The notes under the pieces: generated by a model
The model's input: the letters and a program-made list of their open reading frames with translations, nothing else
Databases searched by the model: none
What the model was told of the DNA's origin: nothing
Origin: Protoeuglena noctilucae
Taxonomy: Eukaryota
NCBI GenBank assembly: GCA_958009085.1
Contig: OY253686.1
Span: forward strand, 248,001 to 312,000
Direction of reading: 5' to 3'
DNA length: 64,000 nucleotides
Part shown: piece by piece, positions 49,552 through 63,355 of the stretch
Layout: each line of letters begins with the position of its first letter
How positions within the stretch are numbered: position 1 is the stretch's first letter
Position numbers and translations under genes: made by a program

Positions 49552-52145
49552 GGGGCGCAAACATGTCTTCCGCGAGCTCTTTAGGGCGACTTCGACTTCC
49601 GCGCCGGTCGAAGCCCCCGCTACCCCGGGATCCCAGGCGAGTTCGAGCCGCACAGGGTCTTCACGGCTCACAGTCCTGCCCGCGCGACCATTGCGGACAG
49701 CTGGCCGTCATGCGCGCGTACTTCATCAGTGTACATGCCTGCTTCGCTGTTATGATGCTCTCCAGCTGCATGCCTGTCTCAGCCTCGGCCCGGGGCTTGT
49801 CGGATTGAGACGCGTTGGGCCAGACTCTCTCGCAGATCCCGGAGTGGCGGAAGAAGACCCGAGTGGACGACATCACCGGCCATTCGGCGGATGCCAAGGC
49901 CTGGGTGGGCACGGAGGTGCACCTTAAGGGGTGGGTCCGTACGGTGCGGGACCAAAAGAACGTCGCCTTTGTGAACCTCAACGACGGTTCGAACATCGCA
50001 GGCGTACAGGCGAGGGCTTTCATGGATTGTAGATCGTGACATTAAGCAGACGTTTCGGGTCACCAGTGCCTTGCATAGGGTCGTGCCGTTGGGCTGTCCT
50101 CGCATTCCGGGGTGGTGTCATGGCCAGCCCTTGCCATACATGTGAACAGCGCCACGCGTGTGCACGTGGCTCGCGCAGGTGGTTGTGGGAGACGACACGG
50201 AGGGCCGTGAGCTGCTGGCATCGGGGAAGCTGACGCTGGGGGCCGCGTTGGGCGTCGAGGGCGTGGTGGCAGAGTCGCAGGGCGGCAAGCAGGCCATCGA
50301 GATCAAGGCATCCGTCATTCGCTTGGTGAGGGCCTTGTCGATGGCGCGACAGTGACGGCACCTGCTTTGTCGCTGTACCTGGGCACCTGCTTTGTCGCTG
50401 TACCTGGCCAGCCACTGCATCGTCGTGAGGTACATGTGCCCCCACCTCTTGCTGCGCAGATCGGGGAGTGCCCGTCGGAGACGTATCCGCTGCAGAAGAA
50501 GAAGACCTCCCTCGACTTCCTCCGCACCGTGGGCCACCTCCGCGCGCGCACCAACACCCTCGCAGCCGTGCAGCGGGTGCGCTCCACCCTGGCCTTCGCC
50601 ACGCACGAGTTCTTCCAGCAGAACGGATTCAAGTACCTCAACACGCCCATCCTGGTGCGCAGCGGACGGCTGAGCATGACGCAGGGGCCTGCGCCGGCCA
50701 GATGCCCGACCACTGGCTTGGACACTGCGTGCTCCCCACCGTGTTTACAACCCTGGCGCCCTCCGCCCGCCGCCGCAGTCCACGTCCGATTGCGAGGGCG
50801 CCGGGGAGATGTTCCAAGTCACGACGCTCATTTCCAAATACGAGGAAGCGATGCGCACGCCCGCGCCGACGGCAGAGGAGCTGGCGGAGCTGCAGGGGGC
50901 GGCGGCGGCGGCGAGCGAGCGCGTGCGCGAGGCCAAGGAGGCCGGGGACCGCGGCCGCGTGGACGCCGAGGTGGCGGCGCTGGTGGCGGCGAAGGAGCGG
51001 CTGGCGGCGGCGCAGGGCCGGGCGGCCATGCCGCGGTCGCTGCCGACCCGCGAGGGCGGTGGCGTGGACTACTCCTCGGACTTCTTCGGCGAGCGCGCGT
51101 ACCTGACCGTGTCCGGACAGCTCCAGGGCGAGATCTACGCGTGCGCGATGGGCGACGTGTACACGTTCGGCCCCACGTTCCGTGCTGAGAACTCCAACAC
51201 CTCGCGGCACCTGGCGGAGTTTTGGATGGTGGAGCCCGAGATGGCGTTCGCGGACCTGCGGGACGACATGGCTTGTGCCGAGGCGTACCTGCGCCACTGC
51301 CTGCGCGCGGCGGTCGAGCGGTGCCCGGAGGACCTCAAGTTCTTCGACAGCTTCTACCAGAAGGGCCTCATGGACAGCCTGGCGCAGGTGAGAGGGTGGA
51401 AGGATGGTAATTGCACGTGTTTGAGAGCGAGGGGAACCTGGTGGGACATCGGGACATGCGTTGGCGAGGTGCGCAGGAGGGACGACAGGGGTGACGCAGT
51501 ACGATGCGATGCTCGCATGGGGGTACTCTAAGGGGTCCATAATGTGTTCCCAGACGTCCTCTTGGTGTTAGCCTGGTCGACTGCAGCTTCTGCGCCAAGC
51601 TGTGTATCAAAAGCCTCACCTCGCATCACACTCGCCCTGGGCTGCAGATGGCGGAGCGTCGTTTCTGCACCATCTCGTACACGGACGCCGTGGCGGAGCT
51701 CAAGCGCGCCAAGCGGACGTTCGAGTACCCCGTGGAGTGGGGCCGGGACCTGCAGAGCGAGCACGAGCGCTACTTGACCGAGGTGGTCTTTAACCGCGTG
51801 CCTGTGATCGTGACCGACTACCCCAAGGACGTCAAGGCCTTCTACATGCGCCTGAACGACGACGGCAAGACGGTGGCGGCCATGGACATGCTCGTGCCGG
51901 GCGTGGGGGAGCTCGTGGGCGGCTCGCAACGGGAGGAGCGACTGGATGTGCTGGAGAGGCGCATGGCCGAGGTTGGGCTCGATCCCGCGCCCTACTGGTG
52001 GTACCTGGATTTGAGGAAGTACGGCTCGGTCCCGCATGCCGGGTTTGGTCTCGGGTTTGAGCGGCTGGTCCAGTACGTGACGGGGATGGAGAACATCCGC
52101 GACGTCATCCCCTTTCCGCGGTACCCGGGGAGCGCAACCTTCTGA
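49552..52145 (+). CDS. asnS: Asparaginyl-tRNA synthetase with a helical (WHEP-like) insertion (start unresolved)
   Basis: [89 protein letters not shown]. Confidence 0.97.
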
Positions 52146-52387
52146 ATTCGAAGCACGCGGCTGTTGCGTTGCCTGGCTAGCAGTGCACACGCTCTGGTTG
52201 AAGGATAGGGTTAGGGCAGGCTTGGGATGCAGCGACGTTACGAGTTCAACTCAGAGTGTCGGTGCGAATGCTGTCTTGGAGTGACAATTACGTGCACTTG
52301 TCTGTGTCTGCGTACCCGGATCTGGCTTTGGGTGCGCAGGGTACGTCACTCTGCACACACCCGCTCGTGCATGCACAGATGGGCCGC

Positions 52388-53527
52388 CTAGTGCGAGGTG
52401 GCCGTGGCAGCCACAGGGGGTTCTGCGTCGTGGATCGGGCTGAAGCCGGAGGGGTACGAGACAGGGCGGTACCCCTCGTAAGGGTGCTCGGGGTCCAGGT
52501 TCTCGACCACGTCCTTCGGACCCCACGGCTTGGGCAGGTCCTTGAGCCTGGGAATCTCGCCCTTCATGCGGGCCTCCTTGACCTGGAGAGGCGAGGAACA
52601 TGAGTTACGTTACTGTCACAGACAGAAAGTGGCAGGGCAAGATGGGGGAACGGAGATGACAGCGTGCGCCCGGCAGCTATGAGAACCCAGTCGACTCAGT
52701 CACAACACCCACGTCAGCTCAGTCAGTCCACCCAGTCAATGGCTTAGAACATGACTAAACACCATCAATTTCGACGTCAACGCACCTTCTTGTCGGGGTT
52801 CTTGCCCTCAACCTCGGCTGCCACACGGTACGCGGCCTCCCCGGGCGCGGGGGGCGTGCGGGGCAGGAAGCGCACCGAGAGGCCCCAGTGAGGGAAGCGC
52901 TGCAGCCACCCGATGACCGAGTACTGGGCCAGGCGCACCTGCGGGCTCCATAGCACACGTGGTTACTGAGGTTACTGAGAGATGAGGCGCAGTTCGTGGC
53001 ATGGCAGTGGGGTAGCGTTGTGGTACAACCGCCCTCGCCTTCGTCTCGTCAACGCTTGCGTCCCCCTCGTATTGCCGGCCCATCTTGCGGTTGTTGGGGC
53101 CGAAGGACTGCGCGCGACGGATGGAGCGGTAGCGTCAAGCTTCCGTGTCGAGAACCAGTCCTCATCGCTCGCCCCTCGCGCCCCACCATCGCACCAGCCA
53201 CAGCATCTCTGGCTTGAGGAGGCCGCCAGCTGCGTCGCAGATCTTCTGCTTCACGTCGTGGATGCTGTCGAAGCCGTCCTTGCGCAGCTGGATGGTCACG
53301 GAACCATTCGAGCACCTGAGGCGGCGGGAGGGATGTCGGATGCATACCAGGTGGTCCTTCGCATTGTCATTGTTCTGCGCACCACGCAGTGCGTCGCTTT
53401 GAACCGTAGAGCGCACGAAAGGCGCGGGGGCGTGCAGGGCAGGGTCTCGCGGCTCCCCGCACCTGCCGTCGATGAAGTCGCCGTGGACGATAGCCACGGC
53501 GACGGAGATGCAGTCAGAGTTCACCAT
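52388..53527 (-). CDS. Hypothetical protein, possibly with a ubiquitin-like N-terminal region
   Basis: Exons VTIQLRKDGFDSIHDVKQKICD, RLAQYSVIGWLQRFPHWGLSVRFLP and VKEARMKGEIP with plausible splice sites. Confidence 0.5.
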
Positions 53528-54052
53528 TGTGGGCGCGCTACTCCCCGTAAGGGTCGCGCGGGCGCACGCGGAGGAAGGGAACCTTTCGTCTTCCGGGGCA
53601 CGGCACGAGCAATTTAACCGTCCAACTGCCACGGAGCTTGGCCAGATACAGATGTGCTGTGTAATTAGAGACAACGGAGCGTGCAATAGATGCGACCGCG
53701 CCCGGGTCGAGTTCCGACGCCAGACAATGCAGGTCCATCTGGTTTCACCGAGTCCGTGACACCAACGCCCGCTCCGATTGCAACGCATGTGCTCTTGCAT
53801 GGTCAGCTTGCCGCTGTGGCTTGTCCTGGGGTTACGGAGGTCGAAGTTTCGAAATCTCAAATCTCACCGGCAGCAGTTGAGCACCCTGTGTGCCCGAGCT
53901 TGCGTGCTCCCCGCCGTCCTGTCGCCATCTCTGCCCTGCAAACATTCAACTCGCTCATTCCTACCCACCATGCTCGTCGACGACCGCCTTCCCGCCATGG
54001 GTGAGGCATGCATTTGAATGCATGGAGCTCATCGAAGGCTTCCCGTGGATGA

Positions 54053-56237
54053 ATGGCCCATAACGATGCATGCTGTCCTTTCATGTCGCTGTCTGGGTGG
54101 GCGAGCCGAGCGAGCGGGTCATGCGCTGTTCCCACGCCCCCCGTGGCTGCAGGAAGGCGCCGCCCTGTCCCATCAGAGACCTCGACGCGGGAGGCGTCGC
54201 CGGTTAACAGCAGCAATCCGTCGGGCCAACTGTTGTATGCGAAGTTGTCCCCGACGGCGCGGCGGGTGAGGCAGCGTGCCTGGGGCTACCCCACCCTGCC
54301 GGCGCGACTGCCTTTCCAATTGCTCACAAGACGACTCAGTGCATTTTCCAGCGCCACCATGTACCCTGACGCACGCAGAGGCATTCTGGAGTTGGAAAGG
54401 ACGAAGGAGGGGTACAAAGCGAGGTGTTGGGAACGGTGCGGCAAGCGCAGGATGTTGTCAAGGAGCCGCGGAGGGCGAGGCCAGCCGTTGCACCCACACC
54501 GTCATGGACATCCTGGTACGAGCAGGCCTGGAACTTCTTTTCAGGAGAGGCAGAGGTGGGGGCGCCGGGCGATGTAGCAGGTCGCGGTCCAGTGTGGCAC
54601 ACCGCTGCAGCCGGTGGCGTTTGGTGCATCCCTCCAGCCGCATCCTTCACTCAGACGGCGACGGATGTGGAGGACGCGAGTGAGGGGGACGCGGGGGGAC
54701 TGGCCACCGCTGTAAGCACAGTGCTGGACCAGGCAGAGTCGGCGTTGCTGCAGAGCGTCGGGGGCATCCTCGGCACCTTCATTGTGAGTGCCCAGTGACG
54801 CGCACGCGCAGACCAATTGCGCTACTCCCGCACGTGGCCATGTGTCTGACATGATGTGTGGGTCATACGTGCATTACCGAGGGACTTAGAGCGTCCGTTT
54901 GGCCTTATTGAGACGTGAATTAGCCGCGTAGATATGTCTTGCGGTGCCCTCGCGGTTACTCGCGCGCACCAGCACCGAGATGGACCTGCATCCTTGGGGC
55001 CTGGCGGGGGGCCGCGACCCCCTGTACCGCGCCTTAGCGTGGCTTAGCTGCGTCTTTTCCGTCGGTTTTGTCAGCACGTGGTTGGCGCATTGGTTTCTGC
55101 GGACCCTGCTTGGGTCTCTCACCGCGCAGGTCAGCGTTGATGGGATGTTGTGCAAGGACGCCGCGGCCGCCCTTGACCCGGCATGTGACCTCGTACTCCT
55201 TGCTCGTATCTGCATACAGGAGGTGCGCCCGTCTTCTAAGGCGCTGCGGGCTGCCCTGGAATCCCGGGCCGTGCCATGTGGGGCGACCGTGGACAAGCTT
55301 GGCGATGACTCCGACGATGCCGCCTGCACGTCAAGTGGCAGGCACACCGATTTCTCCGGGTCCATGGGCCGTGTGGACGACGGGGGCGAGGATGACGACG
55401 CGACATGGACCCACGACGGCGACAGCAGGGCAGCAGGTGACCGTGCTCGCGAGCTTGTTGCAGGAGACGGCGTGGCTGCAGCTCGCAAGCTTGACGCCGA
55501 GGTTGCTATCCGTGGCCATCCTCGCAGCGTTTTCTGCAGGCGCGCGTGTTGCGCCAATGACGCCGTCCCCATCGGCCGCCAGCCAGGGGCGCAGTGACCC
55601 ATCGCCCGCGGCCTCACCTGCGCGTGTCGCCTCGCCGAGCAGCCTCGCGGATGCGTGCTCCCCGGGGACGCTCGCCCTGAAGCGGTTAATCGCACAAAGG
55701 GACGCGGAGATCGCCCAGCTGCGGCAGGAGCTGGAGCGCGGTGTGGCGGCAGAGAGCGATCGAGGTGACGGCGCGGACGCGGGTAGTGCGATGGAAGGTG
55801 CCAGTGGGATCGCTCACAGGCGCCACGGTCCATGTTAGAACCAGGGTGGTTTGCCCTTCTGTGTTCTGTATGAGACGGGAGCGTAACTGTGAAAACCTAA
55901 ACCTGCCGGGTGCGATGCAGAACGGGAGGACGTGGCGGAGGCGCAGCGGTCGACGGACATGATGGTATCTCAAGTGGAGAGCTTGCTGGCACGGCAGGAG
56001 GAGATGCGGCGTGAGATTTCAACGCTGCGCCGGGAGAACGACGGGCTGCAGCAGCTCCTATTCCATGCGCTTGCGGCGGTGGAGCGAATGCAGGCGGGGT
56101 CTGTGCCGGCGGGGGACGATGGGAGGGGCGCGGAGAGTGCGAGTGGGGCGCTGCTGGCGGCAGCAGACCGGCTCTCACAGCACGGCGCGAGGCCCCTGGA
56201 AGGCGGGGCGTTGCCGGTGGGCGTAGCAAGCGAGTGA
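54053..56237 (+). CDS. Hypothetical protein with a TM segment and C-terminal coiled coil
   Basis: ALAWLSCVFSVGFVSTWLAHWFL (TM); QVESLLARQEEMRREISTLRRENDGLQQ (heptads); splice sites present. Confidence 0.45.
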
Positions 56238-56334
56238 GCCGAGGCGAGCAGCGGATGCCACAAGCGCGCGCCATTTGAATGAATCAGTGCTTGGGCGACA
56301 CACGCGACGCTTGGCGACACTTGGGAGGAAGCCC

Positions 56335-56802
56335 TCAGCGCCGTTGCTGGCCCTCCATCATCATCTGTTGCAGCATGGCCTGCGAGGGTAGCTAAGAGCC
56401 GCGATTTCGTGTCCCACCAAGGCGATGCAAGCGGCGGAAGCTGCGTTGCCCGGCGAGCCCCACCTGCATCTCAAAGTACTTCGACACGCAGCGGTCCAGG
56501 CACGCGTTCTCTCCGACAGACAGATCCGACTCGGCATATTTTGCCGCCACGCACTTCTGATGGCAGATTGACGTGAGCCTGGGGAGTGACGGAGGCGGCT
56601 GCTGAGACGTAGCCTCCCAAACGAGTCTCCCATCTGGTTGCTGCGCATGCGCCAAGCAGGTAGACGAAGAGCTATCTATACGCAAGTCTTCAGGCTCGCG
56701 AGGCGCGCGAGGCGCCCACCCGTGGATCATCTTGAGCTGGGACTCCATGTTGAGCCGGGCCAGCATCCGAGCGGCATCACGCTCGGCATCCTTCTGAGCC
56801 AT
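56335..56802 (-). CDS. TIM10: Mitochondrial small Tim chaperone Tim10
   Basis: Twin CX3C motif CHQKC...[19 protein letters not shown]; three exons. Confidence 0.9.
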
Positions 56803-57104
56803 GGCGGCTCTCCCTCCGCAAGTCTGAGCCTGTTAGCCCAGCCGCACCCTGCCTCGAGCCTGCCTTCTTCTGCGCCGCGCACGAACTCTGCGAGCTGTGT
56901 AGTGCGCTACTGAGAGTGCCAGATGACGCGAGGATGTCGTCAGATGTCGAAGCGAGCGGGGACTGTCGGCGACGGTGGCCCTGCTAGGCGGACGTGCTTG
57001 GCCCTGGGTCCGGTTCTCGCGTCAGATCGCTGGGGCCTGACCAGGGACGGCTGATGCGCCCGATCGGCGAGGTGGGAGCGTCGCAGTTCTTGCCCCTGAT
57101 CGCG

Positions 57105-59012
57105 ATGTCGCTGAGGGTTCTTGCGACGCTCCTTTTGGGAGTCGCCTTCCTCCTCGGAGGGGGTGAGTGTGCGGCTCTGTTGGACTGTTCCCAGCACCTG
57201 GCGAATGAGTAGTTGCTCCTCGTTCCGACTGGCCCTGGCAGGCGGCAAGGGACCGCGCCCAGGGGCGGGGCCCGCCCGCTTTGGTCGGGGCGCCTCGGCC
57301 GTCATCGGATCTCCCGCGCCGTTGCTTCCATTCGATCTTTGTATCGAATGAAATGCGTAGCTCCGAGGGCGTCGCCCGATGGGGCGGGACGCGCGCCGGG
57401 GGCCGTGGTTTCACAACTGAACTTGTTGGGACCGCCGTTCGCGGGCCCCGCCGGCGTTCTCCGCGCGCGTTCGCGCTGCTGAAGTCTCTTGGTCCTAAGA
57501 TCGATCGTTGCACCTCCTCAGCGGCCTCCCGGGCACCACGCGGGCCTGTGCGGGCCGCGTGGCATGCCGGGGGCTCGCAGGGCCGCGCGATCCTGGCCAT
57601 CCGCCCACCGCTCTCGCACCGACGCGTTCTTCATGCCATCTCCTCGCTCCTCCGCCGCAGCGCTCGCCGAGATTTCCCGGGGATCCCGGCCCTCGCCCCT
57701 CCCAGGCGTGTCGCTCACGCGGCTCGACAAGGGCCCCAAAATCCTGGGCCAGAACAACACCTTCAAGACCCTTCTGACGGCGAGTTTACTTGCTGCGTTG
57801 CCCGCCTTCCCTACTCGCCCAGCACACCCCACCATGCCCAGGTCATGCCCCCTACACCCCTGCACCCCCATCACGCCTGCCACACCGCATGCACCGCGTG
57901 CACATGCAGAATGAGACGGAGCACACCCTCCGCCTGAAGCTCTACCAGGGCTTCGTCCTCTACTTCGTCGACGCGAGCAACAGGGGCGTGGAGACGAAGG
58001 AGATCCGCCTCGAGGCCATCGAGACCACGCGAGAGGGTGAGGGGGGGTGGATGGTTGATGGAATGGGTCCTGGGGTTAGGGTGGGATTGCGAGAGGGTGA
58101 GGGGTGGTATATGAGATGATCAATGGGACCAGATGGGTAATTGGACAGGGTAAAGTGGGAAGAGGGGGGTGCGGAACACGATGAGGAAAGCAAGGGCAGG
58201 CACTAGCTGAGGGTAACCCGCATCCGTCCACCCACGCAAGCCACCCCGCCCCGCCCTCCCCGCCCCCCCAGTCGCCCCCGGCGGTTCCTTTGAGTTCGAC
58301 TACCAGGCGCGCCTGCCGCGGGGCGCCGTGCTGCCCGGCGGCAACTACCGCTTCGAGATCTCAGTCATCTTCCACGGACCCGAGCGCGAGGAGGGCGGCA
58401 GCGACGAGTACAGCGCCTCGTGGAGGGACGCGACGCTGGAGCTGAAGGAGCGCCACTCGCTGCTCGACCTGGAGATGATCGGGGTGCTGGGCATGACGGT
58501 CGTGGCGGGCGGCATCGTGGCGTACGTCACGGCGCAGGTGGGGAGGGACATAGGAAGGTGGGGGGGGGGGGGGGGGTTCGATGTAGCTGAGGGGGGATGC
58601 TGGGGTATCGATGCGATCCACCTTGGCTTGTATTGCAGGGTTAGGTGCCTCAGGCATGTACCAGGCGTGACGCCACACTGACCCCGCACTTGACCCAGTT
58701 CCTTTGGCTCTCTCCTTGCCCCTCCCGCACACCCCTGCACTCCCTTCGCTCCCTCTGCACCCCCTACCGCAGACCATGCCGGCCTCCCGCGTGGGCGTCC
58801 TGGTCAACGGCCTGATCGACTCGATCGGCAAGCCCCGCAAGTCGGCCCCCAAGCCCCGCGCCCCCCCCGCGGAGGGCGAGGTGGACGAGTGGCTCCAGGG
58901 TACGGCGGCCGACACGCGCGCCAAGAGCGCGCCTCGGTCCAAGTCCCAGGGCAAGGGCCGGGGGGAGGAGGGGGAGGGGAGCAAGAGCAAGAAGGACGAG
59001 GTGAGAGATTGA
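57105..59012 (+). CDS. Translocon-associated protein alpha (TRAP-alpha/SSR1)-like type I membrane protein
   Basis: Signal peptide, beta-rich lumenal domain (VAPGGSFEFDY), one TM helix and a basic tail with DEWLQGT. Confidence 0.6.
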
Positions 59013-59579
59013 GGGGGATGAGAGGGGAGATGATAGAGTTCGTGGCAGTGGACAATTAATGGTATTGATTGTTTGGTACTAGGTGTTATGGCAAGGGTTG
59101 ATACACGACCATTCAATGTTCTTGCCCCCCGCAGTGAGTCGGGAGGGATGGGGCGCTCTCTTATGACAGAAATAAAAGAGGCGTCCCAGGGATTCGATCT
59201 GCGGACTCGCCCCTCGACCTGGTGGGCCAGGGGTGGAGGGGAGTTGCGGGACGGGGAGCGGTCGTGGCGATAGGCGGCTGGCGATGTGCTGCCAGCACAG
59301 CCCAGAGTACGATGCTAGTTGCGATGCCCGGGTTCAAGTGGGAAACGTTGATTTCGAAAGGGTGGCGATGCGCTGCGACCATGGTGCGTTGAAGCGCATA
59401 CAAAGCGACACACGAGATGGGGTGTGGGATTTGGAAGTGACGGGCCTGCATTACAACGCTTCAAGCGAGCTCAGAAGTCCATGACATCGCAATCCACTAT
59501 CCTAGGGCCTGACCGTCTCTGACGCTTCATGCGAGCAATGTGTCCCAATCCATGCTTTTGCAACACCCCCTGCATCCCT

Positions 59580-62500
59580 TCATGCCAGCTGCGTCGTCCA
59601 GTCGTACGGAGCCCACATCCGCTTGAACTCGGCCACCAGTTTCTCCTGCAACGCGCGGCCCTCCTCGCGGCGACCCATCGCGTCCCCTGGGTCGGTGCCG
59701 AGCATGGACGCCACTGCAAGGGGCGACGAGTGAATCATTGTTGCCAAGGATATGTGTCACTGCGACGGGCAACAAGTGGTTCATTGGCAAACTTGGACGT
59801 CAATGCGACAGGCAACAAGGCGCAGCCAACATCCACTCTTACACGCAAAGCCCACCCAACCTATGGCACCTGCGTCAACCCTCACAAGGAAGGCCCACCC
59901 AACATGGCCCAGCCACCGCCGCACCTGTGTTGCGCCCCACGTCGAAGTCGAAGCTCTCCTCGTCGTCCACCACGTGCAGGAACCCCTTGTCGACAGCAAA
60001 GTCAGCGTAGAAGTAGGGGAAGTTGGACGGCAACGCGTTGCGCAGGCCGCCCTTGGCACCTGTGTCAATGACGCTCTTGGCGGCGTGCTGGGACCACTCA
60101 CTCTCCGCCTCGTTCTGTGTAGTAGAGATGGGATGATAGGGAGTGACGCGGTGAATGCAGGGATACGGTGCCTGGACCCGCAGGGTCAGTGTCAGATACA
60201 CGGTGTGCGGCGTCACACAGTGGTGCGTTGGTTTTACCCACCCCAGTTACACAGCAAGCCATGAGCGATTGCCATCACACTATCAGCACCTCACCAGTGC
60301 CTTTTTGAACCACGCAGGCGCCTCCGCCATGACGTCCTCTGGAACGGGCACACAGTCGATGAACGCGTGCAGCCGGAATCCCCCCACATCTCGCGCAGAT
60401 TCCAAAAACAGGACGCCCTTGCCTCGATCGGAGAACATGCGCACGAGGCACTTCTATGGGGAAAGGGGGAGGGATGGGGAGGGAGGATGGGTCAGCAGTG
60501 GATGGGTCCGTGTTGCATGGGTCAGGCAAGATTGGTTTGCAGTAGATGGGTCAGTGTTAGACGGATGGGTCAGCAGTGTATCAAGCACTGGCGCCCTGCT
60601 GCAGCGTGCTGTCACGCAACGTGCTGTCCATGCAGCGTGCTGTCACGCAACGTGCCATGCCGCACCTTAAAGTTGCGTATCTCCTGCGCAACGTGCCATG
60701 CCGCACCTTAAAGTTGCGTATCTCCTGCAGCACCGCGTCGTCGTCCATGGCCAGCCGCGTGCTGGGTACGTGGTCGCTCAGCACGATCTGGCTGCGGCAC
60801 GGAGGAGGGGAGGCTTCGCTGTGACATCCTGGCATGCGATGTGTTGGATGTTATAGAAGCGCATGCGCATGCGTCGTAACCCCCTCCATTCACCAGTGCC
60901 CCTCGGCCATGCAACAGAAACCACCCACATCAACCCCACCCCACTCACCAGTGCCCCTCTGCCATGCGCTTGGCCGCGGGCAGCTGCAGGAAGCACCGGG
61001 TGGCCACCGCCACGGTCAGGTGCTTCGGGCGCAGGGGCGAGTCCGGGCACAGCGCGCACCGCTGCTGCATGAGGCCCATCTTGTGCGTCTGGGCCACCTG
61101 CCAGTCCTTGTCCCGGCGCTCCGCCTCTTCCTGAAAAGCAACAACCACATCAGGAGAAGCTGGACAACACAATCGTGTTGTTGACTAAAGACTCATATTA
61201 TCAACTCATCGTTGCAGAGCAGCCCGCAGCCCATCCTCGCGCCCACCACCCACGCCACCCCTACGCCCCCCATGCCACCCCCCCACCATCCTCGCCTCGG
61301 TCAGCCTCCCCCGCCGCTTGTCGTACATATCGATCCCCTCGTCCCAGTCCGCCACGTCCTCCTCCGTCGCCACCTTGTACTTCTTGTTCCGAAGCACGTT
61401 ATCCGCAAAGTCCCGGTCCATGTCACGTCCTCCGAACCGCTCGGCCCGAACCAAGTCGTCGAGATTCGCAGCGTCATCGTCTTTGAACCACCGCGCGCGG
61501 GACCCGTCCTCGCCGAACCGGTCCACCCGCCCGCGCTTCATCACCCCACGCTCGCCCTGCCGCTCGTGACCCGTGCCCGCGCCCGCCCTTCCAAACGCCC
61601 CCGGCACAGGCACACCCCGTGCGTCCACCATGGGCAGCGCCTCCACGACCCGCTCTCTCGGCGCCCCTCGCTCGTCCACGCTCCCACCACCTCCCGATGA
61701 GTCCTCGCGACCACGCCCCCCGCCGCCGCCCCTCGGCTCGCCCCTCCCCGCCGCCACGCCTCCCCCGCCGCTCGCGCCCGCTCCCCGGCCCATCAGCCGC
61801 GCACGCAGCGCGTCGGCGGCGGACATGTTGGACCCTGGCGCCCTCTCCCTGGCCTCTCTCTCCAAACGCTCCCGCTCCCTCGCCTCCTCCAGAAATGGGT
61901 TCTGAATAGATGAAGGGATATATAGATATTACATTTTGGTACAACTAGGTCTCTGTGGATCATGGTCGGTGTCAATCGACAACATCACATGGAGGCCAGG
62001 GCATGCACGCGATACTGCACAAAGCACCGGAGTTAACAAGCAGTCCCAACGGCTGCAGCCGCTCACCTCCCGCGCCCTCCGCCCCGCGCCGCTTGCATCG
62101 TCCCGGCTGTCCTCGTCCCTCTCCGCACCCCGCCCTTCCCTCCCATCCAACCTCCGTCCCTCGTCCCCACCCCCCGCGCCACCCCCACCCTCGCCCCGCT
62201 CCAGGTACTGCTCCGCAAACGTCCCGTCGTTCCGGAAAGCATTCATGTCTTTCGCCACCTCCAAGGCTTCCCGCGGCGCCACGCTGCCCCTCCCGCGGCC
62301 CTCTCTGCGCCACTCTCCGCCCCTCTCACGCCTCTCCTCCCGCCTCTCTCCCCTCCCCTCTCCCCGTTCGTCCCCACCCCTCTCACGCCTCTCTTCCCGC
62401 CCCTCCTTGTGCCCCTCCCCACCCCTCTCATCTCCCCTCCCACCATCCCCACCCCTGGCCCCGCCCTCCCGCTCCCCCCGCCTCTCCCTCCACCCCCCAT

Positions 62501-63355
62501 ATCCAGTGCGTAACGCCGCCCCCTCCGGTCTCCGCATCTTCCCCGATCCCACCCCAGTCTTCTCCTCTGGCGCCTTTCCCTCGCGCCGCTCTCCCGCCGC
62601 CCTTTTGTGCGCCATCGTCGGTGCTGCCCGCCCCTCGCCCTCCGTGATCCCCGCCATGAGCTCCTTCAGCGACCCGTACCGCTCCGCGACCACCTCCTCC
62701 AGCGGCCGGCCCTCCGCAGCCGCCCGCTCCCGCGCCCGCTGCAGCGCCTTGATGCGCCAGGACCGTCCCCCGTCCCCGACCGGCGGCGCCGCAGCTGCCA
62801 CCCCGTCCGGACCTCCCTGGCTGACATCCCGCTCCCGCAGACGCTGCTGTCGCGCCCGCTCCTCTTCCGCTCGGCGCCGCGCCGCGTCGATGCGCGCGTC
62901 GTCGCGAGGCTGGCCCCCAAAGACCCGGTCCATCGCACCCTCGAGCAGCCAGTGCTCCTCGGAGCGACCGCCACCCGGGCCGGGCCTGTTGCCGTCATCG
63001 TTGGTACTCACAGGCGCGTCTCGAGCTTCCGGACTGGAAGGCGGGCTCGCGGGAGGCCGGCCATTGCTGCCCGAGTCTGCGAGCGGGGCGATGGGACGCT
63101 GAGGCATGTGGACAGCAGGTGAGAAACGCTTCAATCGATGGAAAGATAGCATAAGTTTCGTGCAAGCCAATCGGGCACGCATGTGGGGCAGCATCGGGAG
63201 CACACACCGTCTGCGCTCGACGAGCTGCCCTCTCCGGCAGCCTCGGCCTCGCGAGCGTGCCTCCGCTCCTTCCTCTCTTTCTTTGACTTTTTCTCTTTGC
63301 GTTCCTTCTTCTCCTTCTTGGAACGCTTCTCCTTCTTGGCCTTGTGGCTCCCCAT
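59580..63355 (-). CDS. CWF19L2: CWF19-like protein 2 (CwfJ C-terminal domains), splicing-associated
   Basis: Lys-rich N-terminus, VGDGGRSWRIKALQRARE, CALC...GH, EIRNFK|KCL, HAFIDCVP, EWSQH, FPYFY and PYDWT. Confidence 0.88.

Noticed and set aside
50358..50407. 25-bp tandem duplication in an AsnRS intron
   Set aside because: Real, but a simple two-copy intronic duplication that does not involve a splice site.
52208..52216. Telomere-like gggttaggg
   Set aside because: A single unit, expected by chance.
61936..63102. 388-aa plus-strand ORF
   Set aside because: Antisense shadow of low-complexity CWF19L2 exons.
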